The translations under genes were made by a program, and so were the position numbers. A model generated the notes under the pieces. It did not search any database. It was not told the origin of the DNA and saw only the letters and a list, made by a program, of their open reading frames with translations. 64,000 bases of DNA, taken from the NCBI GenBank assembly GCA_001179505.1, contig CDMY01000287.1, forward strand, positions 62,001 to 126,000. The letters are read 5' to 3'. Positions 48,854 to 61,800 of this stretch are shown here, in pieces. Position 1 is the first letter of the stretch. Each line of letters begins with the position of its first letter. This stretch comes from Vitrella brassicaformis CCMP3155. Taxonomy: Eukaryota > Protista > Chromerida.

Positions 48854-51024
48854 GATGCACTCACCGTACACATATACACATACGAGTGCGGCGAATAAGG
48901 CGGACAGACACTTAATTGTGTGTTGACTGACCTTTGCTGTTGAATGACCGTGTGCAGGGACAAGCGTCAAGGCCTGCTGCCGCTGATCACTCGCTCACTC
49001 CACCGCTCCCGCCCTCACTCACTCACTCACTGCCTGCCTGCCTGCCTGCCTGACTCACTGTGTGGTCAGCACCTGCCTGCGGTTTCTCGGTGTCTCTCAG
49101 TCTGCCGCTCTCTCCCTCCCTGTGACGCGTGTGCGGGTGATGCATGGTGGGTGATGGATGGTGTGGTTGGGGAAATTGGGTCAAGGCCATGGAGAGGGCG
49201 CACACACACTCACACAAAGACACTTACACGCATTGGGCTGGTCGAGTGGATGGGTAAGTGGGTGGATCCAGATTTGGCTCGTGAGATGCGTGCTCTTGGT
49301 GTGTGTGGTGCGATTGGACGACGACTGGCCGCCTCGATTGACTCCTTCCTTCCTCTTGACTGCCTGCCTGCCTGCCTGGGTGGCTGGCCGATTGGTTCAT
49401 CCTTCCTCCCTCCCTTCATCTGTTCGTTTTTTGGCCTTTTGCGCGACCGACTGACTGACTAACTGACTGACTGATTCCATAGCCTACTCGTCTGTCGAAG
49501 TGGAGGAGAGGGAGGGAGGGAGGGGACACGCCTCGTGGCACGCATTCTATCTACTGGCGGCGGGTCTGGAGGGGAAGGGCTGCTCTTCTACAGTGACTGA
49601 CTACTCGCTGACTCACTCACTGCATCACTCACTGCCCCATGCGATTCGCTGGCCTACATGTCTGTCGGTGCCATCGTCTCGCCCGGCTGCCTGCCTGTCT
49701 ATCTGCCTGTCGATCTACTCGCCCGCCCGCCCGCCCGTCCGTCTGTCTGTCTGCCTGTCTGCCTGCCGAACGAACGAATTGAGAGTCTGGCTGCTGCATG
49801 CTGCATGAATGGCTGACGTGGGCCACAATGGGAGGGAGAGAGAGGGAGGGTGGTGGGGGGAGAGGGGCAGAGGGACAGGGACAGGGAGAGGGACAGGGAG
49901 AGAGAAGTGCCACTTCTCTGGGATGAATGGCTGGATGGCTGGATGGTCAATTCATGGCTGCCTGCTTGATAGACAGACAGACAGGTCGATGAGCTGACGA
50001 GCGAGCGAGTGAGTGAGCGATGTGTGTGGATGCTCCTGCAAGAAAGAAAGGGCCGCGACGAGCACTCTCTGGCGGGGAAATGCCTGTCAGATGCTTCACC
50101 TCTTGTGGTGTGGTTGTGTCTTCTCTCTGTGTGCTCTCCCGAGCTCGACATCGCTGCACCGGTGGTGTGCGGCGGCGAGAACCGAGAGAAGCACACACGA
50201 TGACACAGACGCTTCGCATGTATGGCTGGCCGACCACCACACACACACACACACACACACACATGTACTCTTATGCAGATAAGATCTGTATCCGTAGTTT
50301 TTTTTTTCATTTTTGCGGCTTACTGGCATGGCATAAGATGGCAGTTGGGCATGGCTGGCTGGCCGGCCGGCCGGCCGGCCGGCCGCCACACAGCATACAT
50401 ACCATCACATGAGCCGACACAGACAGCACAGCACGCTTTTGTCTGGGAGTGTGGGTTATTTTGCCGTCACCAGGGAGATAGGCAGGCAGCCAGTTGGTTC
50501 CGTGACTCGTGTGGCGACACTCGCTGGATGGATGGATGGCTGTGGTGTGGGTGTGTCTGCCGCGACCATCAGGGTTATGACCGTCATCATCATCATCATC
50601 ACTACGATGGTGCGTGAGGCGTGGCGACGGTCGTACTTCGTGTCTATCTCCTGACCACCAACACACAACACAACACAACACACAGCATGACTCTCACGTC
50701 TGCCTGCGTGATGTGGTGGGTGTGGGTGTGGATGTGGCCTTCGTGCGTTTGCGATGAGGATTCTCCGTGTGGACTGATGTGTACGTCACGTCAAGTGTGG
50801 CAAACCTTTTGTACTTCTCACACGCACACACACACACACACAGAGGTCTGGGGCCGCAGCACTCAGTCAGCTAGCTACCGACAGACAGGATCAGTGTGTG
50901 TGTTCATGTGCGGTGTGTGTGGTGGCTCGCCAGCCACTGAGTGAGCCAATAGACACGACCTGACCTGACCTGCTCTTCGCTTCACTTGTCGCACAGCAAT
51001 AGATACCAAACCGGTAGACAGACT
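47476..51024. repeat. Right arm of the large inverted duplication
   Basis: See the left arm. Both coding exons and non-coding, microsatellite-rich DNA are collinear in reverse orientation. Confidence 0.85.
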
Positions 51025-51440
51025 TCATGTGCATGTCCGTTTCAGGCCGTCATGAGGATTGGCTTGGGAATTGACATTTGTGTACTGTGGGGTGCCGTGC
51101 ACGTGGAGACAGATATGCTCATTTGCTTATTTGGTGTACTCACACGCACGGACACACGCCTTTGGATACTCATTGACGGGCGAACATGTCAGCGGCACTT
51201 GACAAAGGGCGCATCGCGCGCTGTGCATGTCACTGAGAGTGATGCCCATCCGACGAGGACGTCTCACCAAGTGTCTCAGCCACCCAAAACAGAGCACAGG
51301 GATGTCAGATCAGGCTACATGACAGACTCAGGCGTCGCAAACAGAGCAGAGAAACCAATCACCAAAATGCCAGACACACCACAGCCGAGTAATCCCCCCT
51401 CCCGTCCCTCCTATCAGACGCAAGGCAGGCATTGGTGGCC

Positions 51441-52835
51441 TCACTTGGTCACATGCAGCACCTCTATCTCCGTCGCCGTGAAGGCAATGGCCCCCCCAAG
51501 CACTGCGTCACCGTCCCGATCTCTCTCCCCGCGATAGCCGTCCGGCAAATTGTGCTTGCATGTGTACTGTCGGCACTCACATATGCTGCCAGCCGGCGGG
51601 TTGCCCACACCGCCATCGCCAAGCGACAGGTGCACTCCGATGACCACATTCGCCGCGGACGCGACGTTCTTGACTGTGCCCGTCGTGAAGACGAACTGGT
51701 CAGCCCGGGGCATTTCGATCTTAGTTGGGCGGGTGTAGTGGCCTGCCAGTGAGAAGTGCCACACGTCACTCGCGTAGCGGTGGCCGCCGAAGGTGCCGCC
51801 TGGCAGCTGGAGGCCGCCACCGATCGAGCAGCCGAATATGGTCTGCTCCTTGTGGATTATGAACACCAGGCCCTTCTTGTTGCCGACTCGGAACAGTAGG
51901 TCGCCATAACTGTTGCCGTGGATAGAGGAGCTGCCATGTTGTTGCCACAGACACAGAAACACCGCGTCAATGTGGCGTTCTGGCGGCCTGTCTTCAGACC
52001 TACCGGTAGAGCGACACGAGTTTGATCTTGCTATCCCCAAACAGGTGGAGCAGCCCATAATACTGTGAAACCGAGAGGGACGTGCTCGCGCACACAGCAG
52101 GCTGTGTGACGACACACATACAAAAATACAGATGATGCCAGGGGCATTGCGAGTCGTCTTTGTCTATGTGTGGACACACCAGAGGCGCGAGTGATCGCTT
52201 TGAAGCAGTGTCGAAGTACAGGTCGCCCACTTGTCGCTCAGCCCTGCAACCCATCAGCAAGACATCAACGAGGAGCATGCCTGGATGGTGTGCTATGCAT
52301 TCTCACTCACCGTGTGATTTGATCACGTATTGTCTGCCCTCCTCCCATGGCGCTAGGGGTGGTTGCGTGGACCAACTCCCACTGCTGAAACACGGCTTCT
52401 CTGCCCATGTAGTTGTCCTTCACGTACAGCTCGGGCGTAACGACCCTGATCAACCCACGCCCCACGCACAAATGTATAACCCCCTGCCAATCTGCCATCC
52501 ATGTGTGAGTCACTTTGTGTGCCGGCGGGTGTACCTGCAGATGGGACAGGGGCACACCCGATGCCCAACAGGGTCCTGGCGGTAGACAGCTTCGCGGGTC
52601 ATGATCTCATGAATGCACTGACACACACACCAAAGCAACACACACCGATGGAAGGCCTGACACTCTCAGGCCGTCAGCAACATTACCCCTGCGCAGAACG
52701 AATGGCCTGAATGAATGAGAATGGACAAAGCACAGTATGTGGGCAGAGATAGATGAAACTCTCCGCATGTGTTTTGCTGCCGTACCATAGATAGGGTTCC
52801 TTGCACACAGCGCATTCCGTGATTCTGGACGCCAT
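51441..52835 (-). CDS. RING-finger + TLDc domain protein; exon 1 looks degenerate
   Basis: ECAVCKEPY..|GHSFCAG|CIHEIM..CPCPIC|RVVTPELYVKDNYMGREAV..ERQVGDL..LFGDSKIKLVSLYR|SSIHGNSYGDLL..IFGC..VWHFSLAGH..LGGAIAFTATEIEVLHV*. The third RING Cys and the first donor site could not be put in frame. Confidence 0.7.
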
Positions 52836-53099
52836 CGAGGGGTAGATCTACTGCAGATCTCACCCAGAAGCTGAAGACAATCGAGGTCGCTTGGTGATGA
52901 ATCACAGAAATTCTGACTGTCGGCTCTCTTACCTCTTCTCTTGCACCTCAGATCACACTTCTCAGATCACACCTCTTCTCTCATCCCAGGGCTCCTACGC
53001 TTAAGATCCCCATTGTAAGCTCGCATTTGGGGAAACGGTCGCTTATGACTGCAGGTCATACGGCGAGGACAAGAGGCGCCCGGCCGGACGCACATCGGC

Positions 53100-54603
53100 A
53101 TGTTTGTGTCGTCGCGTCCACTCATCGGTTCGAAGGCCGCGCCGGTCGTCTGCACGTGTGGCGTGTATGAAGAGGAGTACCACTCCCATGGCGAGAAGGC
53201 ACCAAAGATACTCAGATGCGGTCAGCGAATGTCTGTGTGTGGGGGGCCTTCGTGTGGGGCAACCTTGACGGGCTTGATGATGGTTTGTTTCTTTGTTGGT
53301 TCTCAGGTCACTCGTCCTGTTCGAAGGTGAGGGAAAACACCGCCGCTCAGCCCCTCCCTCTCTGTTCCTCAGTGTGTATATATTCGTCTCACTCTGTGTC
53401 TCCTGTATCCATCTGATTTCAGTGTATTGGCAAACTGACACGGCCCAATGCGCAGGGCGAAAGGGCGGTCATCTGCCCCACATGCAGGTAAGCAGACACT
53501 GCACAGCAGCCGATCACATGTACGGCGGCATTTAATTGTTTGTCTGTCTATCAGAGTCGAAACGATAAAGGTGGACGTTCGCAGCAACTATATGGGTCGA
53601 GATGCGGTCGCCCAGCAGTGGGAGGCCAGGGACGATCTCGTCATGAGAATCAACACGTATGTAAGACAGAAGCGGAGGGAGACGGTATACTGCGTAGCAA
53701 AAGCGTGGTAATAAGAGGGTTATGAGTGTTCATTACTCTCTTCTTCTGTATTGTTTAATCGGCTGCAGTGTGGAGCGCAATGTCGGCGACCTGGCGGTCA
53801 CGGCATCCTGATCGCAATGCCTTCTCACTCCCCTGGTATGCAAAGAGAGATCATCCACACAGCAAGCTGAAAAGTACTCTATCATGTGCTCGTGCGTACC
53901 GTCTTTGCAGCCGCGTGTACCGAAGACTCCGCCTGTGGGCAGCTCCCTTCGTTTGTGGGAGTATGAAGGTTTCTGTCTTCTGCTCGGTGACCGCCAGAAG
54001 AAACTGGAATCGCTCTATCGGTAGGCAAACAGATCATGTATCCCTCACTCATGTCTCTTTAGTTGTGTCTCTCTCTGGGTTTTCTATGTCATTCCATGCA
54101 GTGCATCAGTGCATGGTTCAGCGTATAGAGATCTGCTCAGGTTGGTCGGCAACAAGATCAATCTCATCGTGCTGATCCGCAAGGACCGATATGTCTTCGG
54201 CGCTTACACGAGTAAAGGACTGCAGCCGCCGGCCGATGCGACCGGCTCCAATTTGTATCGCTGCAATGTGTGGCCCTACTCGATGATCGGGCACTTCGGC
54301 AAAGTCACCAAGATTTTCATTCCACGAAAGCACCAATTGGTGTATGTGGACGGCCAGTCGGGGGCCGCGGGCGGCGTCGCGCACATCAAGATCGGCGACT
54401 ACGTGGCCGATCACTTCCTGTGGCTGGGCTATGACGGGCAGGGCAATGGAGCTGCTGCCGATATCCGCAGCTGCGGGCAGCGCAGCGCCCGTCAGTATGT
54501 GCCTGATGGCTTTCGAGGGAAGAGGGACGATAAGGGGAGGGCGCTGTTTGGGGGCAGTGAGTTGTTTGTGGCCGATGAGCTGGAAATTCTGCATGCTTTT
54601 TAG
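53100..54603 (+). pseudogene. RING-finger + TLDc domain paralogue with a nonsense codon
   Basis: CGVYEEEY..APKILRC|GHSSCSK|CIGKL..VICPTC|RVETIKVDVRSNYMGRDAV..LLLGDRQKKLESLYR|ASVHGSAYRDLL..VFGAY..LFGGSELFVADELEIL*. The second RING Cys is Tyr (TAT). There is an in-frame TGA at 53809-53811 with exon phases otherwise intact. Confidence 0.78.
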
Positions 54604-54859
54604 TGGTGAAGTGGTGAAATGGCTGCTCGCATTTCTCATTGACTGTTGTGCTGCTTGACATGTCTCTTCTTTTTCTTGCCGACATTGCATTTCTGCGATT
54701 CATCATGTGTCAACGACATCAATATATTGACGTCTTTCGATGCACGCAAGGGTCTCATCGATCAAACAAGTCACTGACTGTCCAATATAAAATGAAGGCA
54801 GCGATAAGAAAACCATCTCTATCACTTCCGCCGTGTGTACGCATACTGTCATACTGTCA

Positions 54860-55320
54860 TGTCATAGACCGCTTCAGCAAGCCGACCAATTGATCAAACG
54901 TGTTGATGAGGGCCGACAGACACTGACCGCTTCGGCAAGTCTTGCTGATTGATGAGAAGAACCACACGGTCGTGCTGTACGTGTTGGTGGCGGTCGCGTC
55001 GGCGGGGGGCTGCAGGCCCTCGTGGATGTAGGCGCCGAACACACTGCGAGTGGAATTGGGACGGCGGATGAGCAGCAGCAAGGGGCTCTTCTCGCGAACT
55101 CGCTACAGCAGCACGGCAAAGCCACCACCGTGCACGGTGGCTCTGACACAGCACAATGCAACATCTGTGGTGGGGGGGATGCGTGTGTGCGTGTGTGCGT
55201 GCCTGCCTGCCTACCGATAGAGCGATTCGAGGCTTGCTCTGCGGTTGCCGACGAGGAAATTCAGCGCCTCGCGCTCCCACAGTCGCAACGAGCTGCCGAC
55301 AGGAAGCGGCAGCGGCACAT
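54860..55320 (-). pseudogene. Truncated TLDc paralogue
   Basis: PVGSSLRLWEREALNFLVGNRRASLESLYR|ATVHGGGFAVLL*RVREK..VFGAYIHEGLQPPADAT..VWFFS. TAG at 55103-55105, and the sequence breaks off after the VWFFS motif. Confidence 0.75.
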
Positions 55321-55539
55321 GTGGCTGCACCCATTACATAACCCACCCACACACACGGAATGAATATCAGGCTTCCTGTCGACGTGTGCGAACAAGTGCT
55401 ACCAGGGGATTGAGGAGTTCCTACACCGATCTGTTGAAGAGAGGCCCCACGCTACGCTCCACACTGCACACGACAGCACAACTCGATCGGCTCGTGCCTA
55501 TCGAGATCACTCACATGGCGATTCTGACGCGCAGCTGCT

Positions 55540-55745
55540 CTCGAAGTGGCCGATGACAGAGAAGAACCACACTGCGGTGCGGTAGACGTTGCTGGTGGTG
55601 GTGTGGGCGGGCGGCTGCAGCCTTTCACTCGTGTAAGCGCCGAAGACATATCGGTCCTTGCGGATCAGCACGATGAGATTGATCATGTTGCCGACCAACC
55701 TGAGCAGATCTCTGTACGCTGAACCGTGCACTGATGCACTGCACG
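55540..55745 (-). pseudogene. TLDc exon fragment, a recent inverted copy of 54100-54310
   Basis: ASVHGSAYRDLLRLVGNMINLIVLIRKDRYVFGAYTSE is nearly identical at nucleotide level to the reverse complement of the 54109 exon. The upstream exons are missing. Confidence 0.8.
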
Positions 55746-55839
55746 GAAGAGAGACATACACAGGGCATCTTTGTCACTCAGGCGAAGCTCTTTATGCCTT
55801 TCACCTTATGCAGAGGCGAAGAGAATAAGAAACCCACAT

Positions 55840-58800
55840 CATGAGTTGGGCTGCCAAACAGCATGTGGCTGGGTTGAGCTTTGCATGGACGGCTGGCCTG
55901 GACGCATCTCATGCCAATGACGGCTGTGTCTGGTCAGCAGGTAACTCTTCTCCAGCTGCTGGCTGTACCGTGTATGCCTGCCTGCCTGGCTTTCTTCTTT
56001 CGCTGACCCCGGTGGGTGACCAAGCGCGGCGCTGTGAGAGCATGAAACGTCGAAACTACACGCACCACAAACACAAGACGCAAGCATTCTGGTCGGTCAG
56101 TGTGTGTGTAGCGGCCTCGATGCTCTTTCTTGTCCGCTACTTGCGCTCTGAGCTTGGTCATGTGTACGGAGGTCGCACTTGCCTCCTCTCGGCTGCATCC
56201 ATCCGTCGACAGCAGGACAGACAGACAGACAGACAGACAGATAGACACAGGCCATCTGCTGATCTGTACACGACATGTGTGCCCTGTGCCCGATTGTATT
56301 ACCCTTCCTGCGCAACTCGTCATGGCGATTGCGAATGACGGCAGTGAGTGCTGACTGACAAAGACAGACAGACAGACAGACAGCGGAAGCGTGAACGAAG
56401 GGAAGGTATTCATAAGTCTGGGAAGCATTTTCAGTCAACTCTCACTCCTCAGTTTCCGTGACGAGCCGCGTCACCGTCTTCTGCAGCAAGTCCTGCTTGG
56501 GCAAGGTGACCTTTGAAAAGACACACAGCACGCAACACCAAAAAAGCGTAGTTCAGTCTTTCTCTCTTTCTCTCGTTATGTGTGTGTGTGTCTTCGCAGT
56601 CATCCGCGTCGTCTTGGTCATCTTCTTTGCCCTATCGCAGGAGAGACACAACCACACACAGAGAGACGAGTCAGACGACGTGGTTTGGAGGCTAAAGTCA
56701 CCTTGTGGGACGAGACATGAGCCGAGAAGCCAAAGAGATATGAGACCGCCAGATGTAAAACTCAGCAAGCAATTCCTGTAACCTCTTCATCATCCTCAGC
56801 CGCTCTGAAAGGTACAGACACCCCACACAAATGCAGACAGCACAGAGCCTCACGTCTGTTTCATCTTATTCATGCCTTACCCAGACATTTCCCGTCGAAG
56901 GTGCAAGCAAGTCGAGGAGACAGGAGACCACCAGATATAAAATGTAGCCAGCGATATCTGCATAGACAAACAGTCCTTCTTTTCCCCGCCCACTGATCTA
57001 TCGGCGCAAAGGTACGGACCCTTGCGCCGCTCCGCCGCCTTGAGCGCAGCGGGCTGGATGGGTGCGGGCCCAACGGCCTGACAGGGAAGACACCAGGCAC
57101 AGAGCAACAAACATGGCTGAGATGCGATGCGGACACCATTGCTGAGCAGTTCTTGTGGTCACTGCACCCACCAGCAGCCGATAGCCTAAAGTTCGTCGCA
57201 TCGTCCGCTGACAAGACACACAGCAGGGAACAAACGAGTTGATGAATCCACCAGCCATTAATGCATTCACAGTGTCCTCACCACGACGATGGGCGGGCGC
57301 AATTGGGTCCAGGCCTGGCTCCACAGGTAGACGTACTTGTGCTGCACAGATCGACAGACGACAGATGAATAAACATGGAGGGAGGGAGGGAGGGGCGTGT
57401 GTGCAGTCGAGTTGATGATACATACCTGGATGGCCGCCGGCTGCTGCTGGTCGTCCTGCTGCTCGTCGTCCTGCTCGACGGGCCCCTCCCGCTCGGCCGC
57501 CTCCTCTGCAGACGGACAGACAGACAGACAGACAGACCGACAGGGAGAGAGAGAGAGCCAGTAGCCCGTCAGTCAGTTAGTCAGTCACCCCATTTGCCCC
57601 CTCACTCATACACACACACATGCAGGTTGGCACAGCACAGCACAGCACAGCCCCCTCAGCGGCAGCAGGTCTTGATCAGCGACGGCCCTGCTCACACAGA
57701 GAGAGATAAACAGAAGGAACCCATACAAATCTACCCCACAGTAAATGTGCCCGCGTGTGTGTGTGTGGACATCTTACGGCGATGTGCAGCAGAGTGGATC
57801 GGCACGGGCTCGACCGCCTGACAGACAAGACACCAGGCACAGAGAAACAAACATGGCTGAGATGCGGACACCATTGCTGGGCAGTTCCTGTGGTCACTCC
57901 ACCCACCACCAGGCGATAAGCGACGTTCGTCTCGTTGTCCACTGACAAGACATAGGAGGGAGCAAATGCGTTGATGCGAAAATCAGCCATTAATGCATTC
58001 ACAATCTCCTCACCACAACAACGGGTGGTCGAACTTGGATCCAGGCCTCACTCCACAACTGGACGTACTTGTGCTGCACCTGCTTGCCACACGGCAGGCA
58101 GATGGACACACATGGACAGAGGGACGTGTGTGCAGTCGAGTTGATGATACCTGGATGGCCGCCGGCTGCTGGTCGTCCTGCTGCTCGTGCTGCTCGTCGA
58201 GAGCCTCCCTGTCCCTCTCGGCCGCCTCCTCTGCAGACCGGCAGACAGACAGACAGACAGAGACCCCATGAGCAAAGAATGTCGACAGGGTGTTTGTGCG
58301 CACATTCGGGGCCTTGTCTGGTCACTCAGTCCTGCGTACCTTGCTGCCGCTTCTGCTCATGCTGCTCCTCCTCGGCGGCCTCCTGCTCGGCCACCTCGCG
58401 GCGCTGCTCCTGCCCGGCGGCCCTCAAGCGGCGCTGCTCCTCCTCCTTGGCGGCCATCTCGCGGCGCTGCTCTTCCTCCTCGGCGGCCATCTTGCGGCGC
58501 TGCTCCTCCTCGGCGGCCACCTCGCGGGCCTCCTCACCTGGATCAGCCACGCACACACACAGTGTCACACACAGTTCCCATCGACGAATGTGCATTTGTC
58601 GATAATGTATTGCCCCCGCACCCACCGTTGTCGTCCTGGTCGCCCTCGGCCTGCGGGAGGTCTCCCCGCTGCTCGAAGTGGCGGGCGAACTCATCTGAAA
58701 AAACGACAGACCAGCAGGGCATGACCATGAGGCAGGCGCGCTGAGACCAGGCACACTCAAATGGTACCTGCGTCCTCTGCATCGTCTTGGTCGTCCTGCT

Positions 58801-61800
58801 GGTGCTCCTTGTGGGCGTGGTGGGCCTGCTGCTGCACAGCCAACCAACCACCGTGCAGGAGTGGCCAGACACGCAGCAGACAGACAGACATGTGCACTGA
58901 ATGAATCGAATGGACCAGTGGCCTGCCTGGCTGCCCTCACTCACCCCTGTGTGCTGGCACTGTGTGCTGGCTTACTACGAGACACACGTCTGATCGTCTT
59001 GAGCAGAACCTCCTCTGGGGGAACCAACACCACACAGCTGCATGCGGAAGAGTGTCTCTCTGCCCCCGTGTGATGAGTTACGCGCCCTCTTGGCTGCGGC
59101 TCGTCACCTCTGGCCTATTGGTGCTGTGTGGGAAGCTCCTCACCTGCCTTGTGGTGGTTCTGGTGACGTCAATGGCCTTGAGAGATGTGAATCGGCAGAG
59201 ATGGAAGGCGAAAGGGCAGAAGTGGACGCTGAGGATCGTTGATGCACCACCTGGCACCGGGTGGTGCAAAAAAAAGAAAGAAACCGGGAGAAAAACAACA
59301 CCAAATGAGCTCGTATAACCCTGCGGCCGACCTGGATGGCCCTCGGCCACCGCCCAGGCGGTGAAGCGTCAGCATCAACAGTAAATTCGTCTCAGGATAA
59401 AATGTAGCCAGCGATGTCTGAGGAGACACGAGTTTGTAAGCTTTGAGCTTCGTCCCACGGGCTTGCTCCTACCGTTTCTCCCTCCCTCGCATAAAGGTTT
59501 GCAGCCTGCAGGCGCGCCTCCGCCGTGCCGGGGGCCACCTTCTTGTCCTCGCCACCGTCATCCTCGAACGATGCCTGCCGCTGCATGAACACACACCACG
59601 ACACACATGGGAGGGCTTCACGCGTGTGGATGAGATTAGAGGGAGAGATGCCACACACTCGACTTGTGGGTACCCTCTTCCCGTCGTGCCCCGCTAGGCT
59701 ATCGGCAGCACACCTTCTTCGGGACCATGCCAGCTGCATGCAGCGACAACAACCGCACGTCCACGTAAACGCGTCCATCCATCTACAATGCAGCTTCTTA
59801 CCGTGTGGCAGTGTGTGTGGGGTGCTGATGGGGGGCGGTCCCAGCGCGCGGACCTGATGGAACGAATGGACAGCACACACACTCTCTGTTGTGTGTGGTG
59901 TGTGGTGGGTTTGTTGGCTTGGCTGTCTATGGACGAGTCCATTTACCTTGGCGACATACGTGGCCTGGATCTGGCGCATGTTCTTGGTGTACTTCGCCTG
60001 GCTCTCGGCCATCATGAACGCTATCATTGACTGCTTGATCTGACGACAGAGAAGAGGTGACGCAGACAGCTTCAGCGTGTACTCATGCACCATCCATTTG
60101 CGCGCATTCACGCATCTTACCGCCAGCATCTGCGCGAATGGCGGGGCGAGTGGCGCGGGTGCCGGCCACGCACTCAACACCGGCACGGGCGCAATCTACC
60201 GAACACCACACGCACAGGGAAGGAGGGAGGGAGGTTTGCGCAAGACAACACAGGGACACCGCACGCACTCGTGCGTACCTTGTTGGTGGGTGTCGTGATC
60301 TTGGTCTGCTGCTCCTCGTCAACGGCATCAGGAGGCGATGGCGTCTCCTCTGTTTGCGCCTCACTACTCTGCAGACACACAGAAAGGAATACAGAAACAC
60401 AGAAACCGATGAAAGTGACAGACACAGAGGTTCTCCCGTGGCCTGCCTTCCCTTCCTGCTCACCTCAACAGCGACGACATTCGTTTGGGTCGAGGCGTGA
60501 CCCTTGCCCATGCCCTCGTCCCTCCCCATCGCCTCACTCGCAGCCTTGAGGCACTCGTCCCTCAGCTTGTGCTGCTTGGCGTCGACTGGTAGCAATCCCT
60601 GCACGCACACACGCAGACACGCAGACACACACATGAAGGACGATCACGAGAGAGCTTCAGTGGGTGTGCGGGCCTTCAGTGGATGACGCACCTGAGTCGT
60701 GAGGAGAGAGGTATATATATCCCACTTGGCTGATGAACAAGGACGGTTCTGACCGCTGGTTGCCTACGTTTAAAGACCTGGAACGCTGCACAACCAGCAC
60801 ACATTTTCAGTGCAGACACGGGATGGGTCGGTGTGTACGGTTGATACCTGTTTGTGTGTAAGACTCTGCTCACGTTCACCTTAGATCAGGGTCCCCGGCT
60901 GCCTGCATACAAAACAGTGTCTCACCATATTCATGTCTGCTCCATCGTTGTGCATACCAGGATGAAATCACCTCGGAGATTTAATATAAGGCGCAAGACC
61001 AGGGAGACATAAGATGCCTCGGGATATGAAATGTAGGAAGCGATATCTGAGACACCGAACACATCTTTTACCGATTCCGCGCTCCCAACTTTCCTACATC
61101 ATCATACCTGCCCCTCCCTCCTCTGCGTCTAGCCGCAGCACTTGGCTGCCGGGTGGCCTGCACACATGCACATATAAACAACAGAAGTCAATAGGACAAA
61201 AACGCTCGACACTTATGTGTGTGGGGTACGCATCTTACGTGGGGCAACGCCCACGGGATCAACACGCGTCAGTGTGGTGATGCGCCGGGAAACCATCTGA
61301 CCGATGACACACAAAGCACGAACCACAGAAGGTCAGTGTGGCATCGCCCGTTCGCCCACACGTGAGGAGCACTACTAGGTTTCTGTTTGCTCACCTTGGG
61401 CGGCAGGTAGTGTGACGTGATGCTTGTCCGCAGCAGCTTGACGGCCTTCACACGCTGACAACACACAGCAGGAAGCACAGACATGCTTTGCTGCACACGT
61501 GTGTGTGTGTGTGTGTGAGTGAGTGTGTGTGGGCACACTGATGATGTCCTTACCTGGCTAACGACAGGGAAACGCCAGTCATACGGCACCTGCTGAACAC
61601 GACATACGCCATAGATGTTCGCATGACAAGAGAAAAACACCGCATGTACTTCTGCACCCATGTACCTTTGTGCCTGGCGCCAATGCCTCCCGTGCCGATT
61701 GAGCAGGTACACCTGCTCCAGGCGGAGGTAATGCTGGGTCTGCAGACATGCAGTCAGTGCACACAAGAAGGAACACATGTGTGTGTTGATTGACAGGTGT

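Noticed and set aside
39253-51024. Classical Pack-MULE or other TIR transposon call for the inverted arms
   Set aside because: No target-site duplication at the apparent outer ends, no transposase, and the arms are kilobases long, diverged and contain spliced exons. Kept only as an inverted duplication.
53809-53811. TGA as selenocysteine or programmed readthrough in the RING-TLDc gene
   Set aside because: It aligns with a non-Cys position in the paralogue, the same copy has lost a RING Cys, and a neighbouring paralogue has a TAG. Simple decay is more parsimonious.
57130-57350. Chromodomain reading of the YLW..W / GYRLLV / WEP family motifs
   Set aside because: The spacing and order do not fit the chromodomain aromatic cage, and the motifs lie in separate, differently ordered exons.
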